NCBI GenBank assembly: GCA_048941385.1 | Contig: JBHLNR010000002.1 | Span: forward strand, 1,506-65,505 | DNA from: Promethearchaeota archaeon | Lineage (GTDB): Archaea; Asgardarchaeota; Lokiarchaeia; Sigyniarchaeales; SOKP01 | Length of the DNA: 64,000 nt | Reading direction: 5' to 3' | Shown here: positions 10,851 to 19,132 of the stretch, piece after piece | Numbering within the stretch: position 1 is the first letter of the stretch | Layout: each line of letters opens with the position of its first letter | Program-made: the position numbers and the translations under genes | The notes under the pieces: generated by a model | Databases searched by the model: none | Told to the model about the DNA's origin: nothing | Seen by the model: only the letters and a program-made list of their open reading frames with translations

Positions 10851-11036
10851 TTAATAGAAGCTTATTTGTATTCCACTTAGTGAAAAATATTAATAAATCT
10901 TTCTAAACATAATCTTTTACAACTTAAATACTAATACTTTTAAGTCTGATATATCGGAAATTGAGATGTGATTCAAAATCTTTTAGATTTTCGTATAAAA
11001 AACACATTGAAAAGAACATTTTTTTATGAAAGATTT

Positions 11037-11255
11037 TCATTGGAATTTATGATTAAGAAACCTTATTGCTCGATGCGGGCAGATTTCTACACATTTCCCA
11101 CACCCATCGCATTTATCTACATTTATTTTCGCTAATGCTGAATTAAATCCAATCAATGAATGTGGAATGGCATATTTGGGACAGATTTCAACGCATATGC
11201 CACAACCAATACAATTCTTAAGATTTAGTTTAACTATAATTGACTCATTTGTCAT
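11037..11255 (-). CDS. 2x[4Fe-4S] ferredoxin
   Basis: Two CxxCxxCxxxCP motifs (CIGCGICVEICP and CDGCGKCVEICP) in 72 aa. Confidence 0.8.
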   Translation of the reverse strand: MTNESIIVKLNLKNCIGCGICVEICPKYAIPHSLIGFNSALAKINVDKCDGCGKCVEICPHRAIRFLNHKFQ

Positions 11256-11440
11256 AAATATTGAAAGTATTGTTTAGAACGCGAATATATTAATGATTGA
11301 TGTTATTAAGAGAATATATAGAATAAAAAATAAATTTATGGAAATTTATGTTAACTTATCGAATCAAAACGTTTAGTTTTTATAAAAAACGTTTATTTAT
11401 AAGTTGAAATAAAAAAGAATTATTACATTATTATAATAGA

Positions 11441-12328
11441 TCATTTATATAGTACAGTACCATAAGAAAATGCTTCTTCTAGGGAATAGGAGGAATGGTA
11501 ATAACCAGTATCAATAAATGTGAGTAAATCTTTGACGCATGGATAATTTTCATATAAATATGTTATAAAATGTTCAAAATAGATAAAAAACCTGCCATAA
11601 GGAATATTATAATTGTTAAATTCTTTATAGTTCAAATGAAGTAAGACTACTTTAATAAATTGCTCTTTGTTTTCTATAGAAAATCTTTCGCTTATTTCTA
11701 TGAGGAGCGTTTTATTAAACTTTAAATCTATATATAAAATTAAATCCAGTAACTCTCTGATTGTCCTAAAATTGGTAAAACGAGAAAAAATTAGTTTCTC
11801 TAATTGAATTAATATATTATCAATGAGGCATAGACTTGATTGTTCAAATAAGCTTTCTAATTCTATTTCTTCCAAAAAATCTAGATAGTTGTTATACAGA
11901 AGATATTGAACATTACTTAAACTACCCTTATCAAATCTTTTTGCGATTTCTTCTTTAAATATTCCTTTTGCTAACCTATCCCCTGCTTCTGTAAGCTTTT
12001 TAAGTAATGGAAAAGCTAAATTACTATGAAGAAGACAAGGATTATAATTATTTTCGTACCATGTCTGTAAATTAGAGCAATGTCCCCAAAATTCAATTTC
12101 TGATGGAATTTTTATTTCATTACGTTTTGAATATTCATGAGAACCATGGAGTTTCTCAAGAGCCTCATCAATGGATTTAATGTTATTTAGGTTCATCAGT
12201 TCCTCCATAGACATCTGTAATAAAAGATGTTTGCATTGAATAAACAATTGATTATTTACATATATATTTGTAGTACCGTTTTCTAATCTAAGCTCAAGAT
12301 AATCGTTTATAGAAAATTTTACCATCAA
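11441..12328 (-). CDS. Hypothetical protein (family shared with the 7570..7998 product)
   Basis: 295-aa ORF containing the shared AFPLLK..L...G.....F..EI.K block. No catalytic motif recognised. Confidence 0.45.
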   Translation of the reverse strand: MMVKFSINDYLELRLENGTTNIYVNNQLFIQCKHLLLQMSMEELMNLNNIKSIDEALEKLHGSHEYSKRNEIKIPSEIEFWGHCSNLQTWYENNYNPCLLHSNLAFPLLKKLTEAGDRLAKGIFKEEIAKRFDKGSLSNVQYLLYNNYLDFLEEIELESLFEQSSLCLIDNILIQLEKLIFSRFTNFRTIRELLDLILYIDLKFNKTLLIEISERFSIENKEQFIKVVLLHLNYKEFNNYNIPYGRFFIYFEHFITYLYENYPCVKDLLTFIDTGYYHSSYSLEEAFSYGTVLYK

Positions 12329-12408
12329 GGTTTTTTGGATTGCTTATGTTTTAATTCTTTGTATTTATGAACGATGTTTAATTAATAAAGATCAGATTTG
12401 TTAGGGAA

Positions 12409-12813
12409 GTGAAAAGCATTATGGAGGAACTTAAAAAACAACTTTACTCGAGAATACCATTCTACTCAACACTAGGTCTTGAACTGCTAGAACTTGGTAA
12501 TGGTAGAGCTAGCTTTGAGATCACCATAAACAAAGATTTAACGCAGAATGGTATGATTCATGGTGGTGTTATCGCATCTTTAATTGATTCGTCATGTGCG
12601 TGTGCGGCATTCTCTTTAATATATCCTCAAGGTTACATAACAACCATTAATTTGCAAGTTGAATTTCTTAAACCTGTTTCTAAAGGTAAACTTTTAGCAA
12701 AAGCTAAAAGCATTAAGGCTGGAAAGAATATAATTTTCTGCAAAGCAAAAGTCTGGGATGAGAAAAATAACCTAATTAGCACAGGAAGCTCACAACTTCT
12801 CCGTGTGTCTTAG
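12409..12813 (+). CDS. PaaI-type hot-dog thioesterase
   Basis: 134 aa. NGMIHGGVIASLIDSS is the characteristic PaaI/4HBT motif. The predicted start is GTG. Confidence 0.7.
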   Translation: MKSIMEELKKQLYSRIPFYSTLGLELLELGNGRASFEITINKDLTQNGMIHGGVIASLIDSSCACAAFSLIYPQGYITTINLQVEFLKPVSKGKLLAKAKSIKAGKNIIFCKAKVWDEKNNLISTGSSQLLRVS

Positions 12814-12933
12814 ATTTCTAAAGTTCTGTAAAAAGGCTCTTATTGACTAACAAACTTTTTTTATGTTCCACTATTACGGAAAACAATTTTTATTGTACTT
12901 TTTTAAATTTGAAACAAAATAGTATATATTAAA

Positions 12934-13443
12934 ATGAAGAAGACGATTAAGGTTATTGTTTCTGGAGACGGAGGAGTAGGAAAAACTTCATTTCTTAACC
13001 GTTTGATTCATAATAATTTCGATCCCAATAGTGAATTGACCAAGGGTGTTGATTTCTTTTCAAAAGATGTCTCTATTAATGGATATGAATATAACTTTGT
13101 TATGTGGGATTTTGCCGGGCAGGATCAATTTAAAAAATTACTGTCTGATTTTGTAAATGGTTCTCTTGCTGCATTTATTCTATTTGATTTATCGCGATTC
13201 AATACTCTTGAGGGTGTTGAGGAGTGGATTACAACATTAAATCATTTCGGTAACATTCCTGCGTATATAATAGGTACAAAAAGCGATATAATAAATATGA
13301 ATGAAGCACACATTTTTGATGACTATATTTCAGAAATCATTAGAAATAATAAGAATATAATTGGATATTCAAAAATATCATCAAAAACAGGATTTAATGT
13401 AAAACAGGCTTTTTCTAATCTAATAAATAGTTTATCGAATTGA
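12934..13443 (+). CDS. Small Ras/Rab-like GTPase (minimal, 169 aa)
   Basis: G1 GDGGVGKTS, G3 WDFAGQ, G4 GTKSD, G5 SSKTG. There is no C-terminal Cys prenylation motif. Confidence 0.8.
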   Translation: MKKTIKVIVSGDGGVGKTSFLNRLIHNNFDPNSELTKGVDFFSKDVSINGYEYNFVMWDFAGQDQFKKLLSDFVNGSLAAFILFDLSRFNTLEGVEEWITTLNHFGNIPAYIIGTKSDIINMNEAHIFDDYISEIIRNNKNIIGYSKISSKTGFNVKQAFSNLINSLSN

Positions 13444-13459
13444 AAGAAAAAATCATTAG

Positions 13460-14503
13460 TTAAATTTTAACAACCCATCCAAATTCATCTTCAATTTCTA
13501 AACGCTGAATCCCTGTAAGAATTTCATATAAATTTGTGGTAATTTCACCTGGTTCTTTATTATTAAAAATCCTTTCTTTACCTTCTAAAGAAACCGAAGC
13601 TATAGGAGTGATAACAGCAGCGGTTCCTGAACAGAAAGCTTCAGTGCAACTCTCCTTAAATAATTCTTTATAAGATATATCTCTTTCTTCGACCTTTATT
13701 CCTAATTTTTTTGATGCCAATTCTAAAATAGCCTCTCTAGTGATTCCTTCAAGGATTGTCCCGGTTTTTCTAGGAGTAGCTAATTTACCATTTATTAAAC
13801 CAAAAAAATTAGCAGCTCCGACTTCTTCTATATATTCTAAATTCACAGCATCCAGGTATAAAATTTGAGCAAATCCTCTAGATTTTGCCTCTTTTGCGGG
13901 AAACATTGTACCAGCATAATTACATATAGTTTTTGTCGAACCAGTTCCTCCAGGTGCAGCTCGAGTATATGTTTTAGAAATCTCTAAATTAATACCCCTA
14001 AAACCTTCAGGGAAATAAGGACCAACGGGGGCTGTAAAAATGATTATCTTGAACTCTTTTGCTGGCTGGACTCCTAGCATTGGACCATTCCCGAATAACA
14101 TAGGGCGAATATATAAAGCCCCTCCACTATCATAAGGGGGGATGAATCCTTCATTTTCCCTCACCACATTTTTGATTGCTTCAATAAATTTCTCAATATC
14201 ATATTCAGGCATAAGCATTCTTTTTGCACTTTGATTAAACCTTTTTCCATTTTCTTCAGGTCTAAATAAAGTAATCTCTCCAGATTTAGCACGTAATGCT
14301 TTCATTCCTTCAAAAATTCCTTGACCATAATTTAATACACATGCTGCTGGAGAAATTTCAATATTGCCAAAAGGTATTAGTTCCCCTTCATCCCAACCAC
14401 CATCTTTATAATTAGAAACAAACATCGTCTTAGTTTCAATGAAATCAAAACCTAATGAGTAAAAGTCAATATCTTTAGGATCTACCATAATAATCAACTT
14501 CAA
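13460..14503 (-). CDS. ilvE: Branched-chain amino-acid aminotransferase (class IV PLP enzyme)
   Basis: 347 aa with NYGQGIFEGMKA, YIRP, GTGSTKTICNYA and EEVGAANFF blocks typical of BCAT. Confidence 0.8.
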   Translation of the reverse strand: MKLIIMVDPKDIDFYSLGFDFIETKTMFVSNYKDGGWDEGELIPFGNIEISPAACVLNYGQGIFEGMKALRAKSGEITLFRPEENGKRFNQSAKRMLMPEYDIEKFIEAIKNVVRENEGFIPPYDSGGALYIRPMLFGNGPMLGVQPAKEFKIIIFTAPVGPYFPEGFRGINLEISKTYTRAAPGGTGSTKTICNYAGTMFPAKEAKSRGFAQILYLDAVNLEYIEEVGAANFFGLINGKLATPRKTGTILEGITREAILELASKKLGIKVEERDISYKELFKESCTEAFCSGTAAVITPIASVSLEGKERIFNNKEPGEITTNLYEILTGIQRLEIEDEFGWVVKI

Positions 14504-14790
14504 ATTTAAATTTGTAAAAAGAATATGAAAGGTCTATAAAAAATCTTTTCAACAAAAAATTAATTATGATACAAATTAAATATTTTTTTTTAATTTTTTA
14601 CCTATACTAATAGATTGGGAAATACATAATACCCATATAATTCATTCAATTATTAGTAAAATGACAGTAAACCGTTTTATAGATATAAATAAAATTATAA
14701 ATTCGTATTTATAGTTATAATATATAAAAGCTTGAACATTTTTGAACATTTGAAAAAAATTTAATATGAACCATAGACAGGAGACATGTA

Positions 14791-16464
14791 ATGGCAGAAG
14801 AGTATGACTATCTTTTTAAATCGATTGTAGTAGGAGATGGCGGTGTTGGAAAGACAGCTCTCACACTTCGATTCTCAAAGGGGTTCTTTACAGAAGATTA
14901 TAAAATGACAATTGGAGTAGATTTTCATGTAAAAACGATTAATATTGATTCTAATGAAGGACCAATTCGAGCAAAGCTGCAAATATGGGATACAGGGGGT
15001 CAAGAACGTTTTAGCTCAATTAGACCTATGTATTACCGGGGATCATTAGGGGCATTATTAATATTTGATTTAACAAACTCTGCTAGTTTTGAACATTTGC
15101 CCCAATGGATTGAAGAAGTCAGAGCAAATGTGAAAATTGAGATTCCCTTGCTATTAGTTGGAAATAAAAGCGATTTAGTGGATCAAAGAGCAGTATCTTT
15201 AAACGAAATAAATTCTTTTACTCGAAACTTTAATTTATTTTATATGGAAACTTCCGCTAAAACAGGAGAGGGCGTTGGTGATTGTTTTTACATTCTTGCT
15301 TGCTTAATGATTGGATCTGGTGTCCCTGATCAGCTTATAGCTAATAATGTTGTTTTTAGCCCTGGTATGATTCCAATTACAGCTGCTGAAACACCTGTAG
15401 CAAGTTCAGTTCAAGTACAACCCGATTTTGATTTTTCTGCTCCACCAGTTCCAGAACCAGTATCTTCATTTGAACCAGAACCTGAGTTTGAATTTGAAGC
15501 CCCTCCAGTTCCAGAACCGTCTCCTATAAAAACCTCTACACCTATTCCTACTTTTGAACCTGAATTTGAGCCAGAGATACCAGTTCCAGAACCAGAAATA
15601 GAAAGAAGAATATCATCTTCAGGAGATTTTGATTTTAAGACGCCTGAAGAAATATTAGCCGGACACCCATCCGAAGAGGTTCCTAGTACTAGTTCACCTT
15701 CTTTTCAAGGATCCTCTTTTTCTAGAAGTGAAGAACAATATAAACCAAAGGCTATCCCTTTTGCATCAAACGTTCCCGTCCCAGCACCGACCCCGGAAGG
15801 ATTTCAAATTTCTCAAAATGTTCCCTCGGTAGACAAGCAACCGGAATCTACAGTACCCTTTACTACGTTGGGTCAAGAACCTCAAACTAGATCAGATTCC
15901 TTAGTAGATTACATGCCTGAACCAATGGTTTCGAAGAAGGAAAGGAAAAAACTCGAAAAACAGAAGAAAAAAGAAGAAAAAGAGAAAAAAATTCAGGAAG
16001 AACAAGAAAAACAACAAAAATTACTAGAAGAAATGAAAAGCACAAAAAAAGAAAAGAAAGAGAAGTCTAAAAAAGAAAAAAAAGAGAAAGTAGAGTACAT
16101 TGAACCAAGTCCGACTATTCCAGTACCATCTACAGAATCTAGAACTGAACCAACTAGCGCCCCTTCTCTTTTTCAAACACTTACTCAGAAGGGAGAAGAA
16201 ACAGTAACCAGTCAATCCTCAGCCTTTGTACCATTTAGTGAAACAAAAAAAACTCAAATCCAAGAAGAGAGTAAATTAAGAATAATTCCAGATGCTACTG
16301 ATATAAACAAAAAACCTAGTGGTTTTACACCACTCCAACCAGCAACAACAACTAAAGATATTGCTCCTAAATCAAATGGAAAAGAACTTATTGTGTGTAA
16401 AAATTGTGGTGCCGTACTTTCATCTGATTATGCCTTTTGTAACAAATGTGGCACACGTTTATAA
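14791..16464 (+). CDS. Rab-like small GTPase with a ~380-aa low-complexity extension (P/E-rich, then K/E-rich) and a C-terminal zinc ribbon
   Basis: G1 GDGGVGKTA, switch I YKMTIGVDF, G3 WDTGGQERF, YYRGSLGALLIFD, G4 GNKSD, G5 ETSAKTG. These are followed by APPVPEP repeats, a KEKKEKK tract and a terminal CKNCG...CNKCG. Confidence 0.85.
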   Translation: MAEEYDYLFKSIVVGDGGVGKTALTLRFSKGFFTEDYKMTIGVDFHVKTINIDSNEGPIRAKLQIWDTGGQERFSSIRPMYYRGSLGALLIFDLTNSASFEHLPQWIEEVRANVKIEIPLLLVGNKSDLVDQRAVSLNEINSFTRNFNLFYMETSAKTGEGVGDCFYILACLMIGSGVPDQLIANNVVFSPGMIPITAAETPVASSVQVQPDFDFSAPPVPEPVSSFEPEPEFEFEAPPVPEPSPIKTSTPIPTFEPEFEPEIPVPEPEIERRISSSGDFDFKTPEEILAGHPSEEVPSTSSPSFQGSSFSRSEEQYKPKAIPFASNVPVPAPTPEGFQISQNVPSVDKQPESTVPFTTLGQEPQTRSDSLVDYMPEPMVSKKERKKLEKQKKKEEKEKKIQEEQEKQQKLLEEMKSTKKEKKEKSKKEKKEKVEYIEPSPTIPVPSTESRTEPTSAPSLFQTLTQKGEETVTSQSSAFVPFSETKKTQIQEESKLRIIPDATDINKKPSGFTPLQPATTTKDIAPKSNGKELIVCKNCGAVLSSDYAFCNKCGTRL

Positions 16465-16467
16465 TTA

Positions 16468-16475
16468 TTTTTTTT
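16468..16475 (+). terminator. Oligo-T tract between convergent genes (archaeal terminator-like)
   Basis: A T8 run begins 4 nt after the GTPase stop codon, inside the 55-bp gap between convergent genes. Confidence 0.3.
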
Positions 16476-16519
16476 ATATACCTTTCAAATGAGCTAAGAT
16501 AGATCTTATTTAGTATCTT

Positions 16520-17299
16520 CTATAGCTCCTTTCCGCAAATTGGGCACGTGCTCCACATTTTTTTTATTTTTGAATTACAATAGCCGCACACTTTTAAATC
16601 TGGATCAATCTTAGTTTGGGGTGTGCCAAAAATCGTCGCTCCTTGAGGTGATTGGTGAATAGAATTGGTATATTTCTGAGGTGTAAGTGATTCTTGAGGG
16701 ATTTTTGTAGATTGAACAAGCATATCTTTAGTCACATGAGATTGGGGCCTTTGAGGTTCATAAGTATCTTTAGAGTATCTTTGAGGTTCAATAGGGGATT
16801 CGATTAGTTGTTCTTTAAATGCTGCTCTCTCGCTTTCTGACGGTTTTTCTTCAGGTTCTCCTATGGAAACACCTACTTTATAATAATAATATTTATTATC
16901 ATTATTCTCTATGATTTTTTCCCCATTCTCCAAGTAAACTTCAATATAATAAATTATAATTGAACCTGCAGGGATATCATCTATCTCAGCAATAAAATAA
17001 TCCATTTTTTTTTCCATTGTCATTTGGTACCATGATTTCCCTTGATCGGCACTAAATATTAAATTCACATATAAGATTGCCTTATTAAAATCCTCTTCGG
17101 TTATCTTTACTACAATTTTTATTTTTTTCCTATGATCTTCTAGGGATGGAGAAAATGCTTTTGCTTCCATTTCATCCCACGCTGCTCCACATTTTGGGCA
17201 ATTTGTAAACCAATTAGGGTATTCGAAATTACATTTTGAACAACTTTTAGTAAAGTAACGTGTTGTTTTTATTCCTAGTGCCTTTTTTTCTTTTCCCAT
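16520..17299 (-). CDS. Protein with a zinc ribbon at each end, a central beta-rich domain and a P/Q/S-rich linker
   Basis: N-terminal CSKCN...CPKCG and C-terminal CGYCN...CPICG. The middle has an alternating beta-strand pattern (IIIYYIEVYLENGEKI..YYYYKV). Confidence 0.5.
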   Translation of the reverse strand: MGKEKKALGIKTTRYFTKSCSKCNFEYPNWFTNCPKCGAAWDEMEAKAFSPSLEDHRKKIKIVVKITEEDFNKAILYVNLIFSADQGKSWYQMTMEKKMDYFIAEIDDIPAGSIIIYYIEVYLENGEKIIENNDNKYYYYKVGVSIGEPEEKPSESERAAFKEQLIESPIEPQRYSKDTYEPQRPQSHVTKDMLVQSTKIPQESLTPQKYTNSIHQSPQGATIFGTPQTKIDPDLKVCGYCNSKIKKMWSTCPICGKEL

Positions 17300-17487
17300 A
17301 TCAGTATGTCAGACTTTATGAAATAAAACTACAAAATAAATTTTTACTAAGTATATAATAATAAATAGTACTAAATATATTTTTTTATAGATCTTCTAAA
17401 TTAGAGCAGTAGAATCGATTTAAAACCTAATTAGATTTGAGACAATATAAAGAATTCAAATAGAAGCAATATTAAGAAAATTTTATT

Positions 17488-18651
17488 TCAACTTGTAATT
17501 TTCTCTAAATCATCACAAAAGTTTTTCAAGTGAATTTTCTGTACATGAGGCATAATCACTACCCTTATCAGGTTGAAATCTTCGAATTTACCTGTCATCC
17601 AATTTCTCATACGCAATTGTTCATCTATTGTACAAATACTTTCACCATTTTCGGTAGTGATACCTACCACATTCATAACAGGATCAGTCGCTATTTTGAC
17701 ACCAGGGATCTCGTCTATTCTCTTTATCAAATAATTAGAATTATCCATACATTGTTGAATAATTTGATTAAATCCTTTAATACCTAAAGACTTTACTATT
17801 GCCCAGAATGCAATAACAGTTCCACCTGGTCTTGTTCCTACAATATGAAGATGTTTGAAATTTCCTCCCGCCAAATAAGGAATTTCAAATCCAATTTTCT
17901 CTAAAATTGATTTATCTTTGAGAAAAATTCCACCAGAAGGAATTATACCCATTCCCATTTTGTGAGGATCTGCACAAATCGAATCAACCTGTTTGACTGA
18001 AAAATCCCAGGGTGGAGTCTTGAAATTTAGATTTTTTAAAAATGGCAATACAAATCCACCAAAAGCAGCATCTACATGGAAAAATATATTTCTTCCAGCA
18101 ATTATTTTACCAATCTCTTCAATTGGATCAACTAAGCCTAAAGAAGTAGTTCCAGCAATCCCTACTACCCCACAGGTGTTTTTGTTTACTAATGATTCAA
18201 AATGATCAAAATCAAGTTTAAAATCTTTTTTCAAACGAGCTTTTCGAAGTTTTATACCAAGTAAATCTGCTGCTTTATCAAATGAAACATGAGCAGATAC
18301 AGGTAGCACAACTTCAGGTTTCTTAATATCAGGCCTTAATTTTTTAGCTATTCTTAAAGCAATTAAATTTGCTTCTGAACCTCCTGTAGTAAAAGTACCA
18401 ATTATATTTTCTCCTCCAAAAAGCTCGCCAATCTCTTTCGCTAATTCTTCTTCTAAAGCTACTGTTCCTAAAAATAACCCAGGATCACCCAAATTTTTCG
18501 ATACATATTTCATGTAGATTTCGACTCCCAAATCAAGTGGATTTGTGCACATAGAACCTAATATTGATCCAGAGTTATATGATTTATCGATTTTTAATTT
18601 TTCTTCTAACAATCTGAGTATTTCTTCTTTTTCTAATCCTTCTTTCAACAT
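17488..18651 (-). CDS. mfnA: PLP-dependent L-tyrosine/L-aspartate decarboxylase (MfnA family)
   Basis: 387 aa with TGGSEANL, HVDAAFGG and DPHKMG (PLP lysine) motifs of group II decarboxylases. The size matches archaeal MfnA. Confidence 0.75.
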   Translation of the reverse strand: MLKEGLEKEEILRLLEEKLKIDKSYNSGSILGSMCTNPLDLGVEIYMKYVSKNLGDPGLFLGTVALEEELAKEIGELFGGENIIGTFTTGGSEANLIALRIAKKLRPDIKKPEVVLPVSAHVSFDKAADLLGIKLRKARLKKDFKLDFDHFESLVNKNTCGVVGIAGTTSLGLVDPIEEIGKIIAGRNIFFHVDAAFGGFVLPFLKNLNFKTPPWDFSVKQVDSICADPHKMGMGIIPSGGIFLKDKSILEKIGFEIPYLAGGNFKHLHIVGTRPGGTVIAFWAIVKSLGIKGFNQIIQQCMDNSNYLIKRIDEIPGVKIATDPVMNVVGITTENGESICTIDEQLRMRNWMTGKFEDFNLIRVVIMPHVQKIHLKNFCDDLEKITS

Positions 18652-18763
18652 AAGTTATAACTATAACATCCTAATCCAGTTATTATGTTTTATGAAATAT
18701 TAAGTATTGATCAATTAAAATCTTTCAATTAGGCACAGTACTCTTTCATTCTAAAGATATAAA

Positions 18764-19090
18764 TTAATCTGATGGTAAGAACCGTGTTGAATCTCTCTTG
18801 GAATATTTTTCAATAATATAATCAAAATTTTCCCCCAAATCAATTTTATAATAATTAGCGATGCAAATTATAGAAAATAGAAGATCAGCTAATTCTTCTC
18901 CAAGATTTGAATTTTTTCTAATGGGTTTCTTTGGTTTATATCCTTCAATAGAATTTATTTCTCTCGCTACTTCACCTAATTCTTCGATTACGGCACTCAC
19001 CATTGATAGAGGAGCCCAATATCCACCATGTTTAAGGATAAAATTATCAACAATTTTTTGCATTTCTCTAAATGAATCCTTTATTTCCAT
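18764..19090 (-). CDS. MazG-like nucleotide pyrophosphohydrolase domain protein
   Basis: 108 aa. EELGEVAREI ... EELADLLFSIICIANYYKIDL is the paired EExxE/ExxD MazG signature. Confidence 0.7.
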   Translation of the reverse strand: MEIKDSFREMQKIVDNFILKHGGYWAPLSMVSAVIEELGEVAREINSIEGYKPKKPIRKNSNLGEELADLLFSIICIANYYKIDLGENFDYIIEKYSKRDSTRFLPSD

Positions 19091-19132
19091 ATATCAAATA
19101 ATGCACAAGGATATTTAAAAAATAAAAAAAAA

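Noticed and set aside
10871-10886. A second ORB-like sequence, TTCCACTTAGTGAAAA, in the gap between the radical SAM and ferredoxin genes.
   Set aside because: It is a single degenerate occurrence far from any initiator gene, and the gap is a short promoter region. It is most likely a chance match in AT-rich DNA.
15937-16090. A ~150-nt, almost pure polypurine tract, considered as a possible H-DNA/triplex element or regulatory element.
   Set aside because: It lies in frame inside the long GTPase ORF and simply encodes the KKEKKEK tract (AAR/GAR codons). No independent evidence supports a non-coding role.
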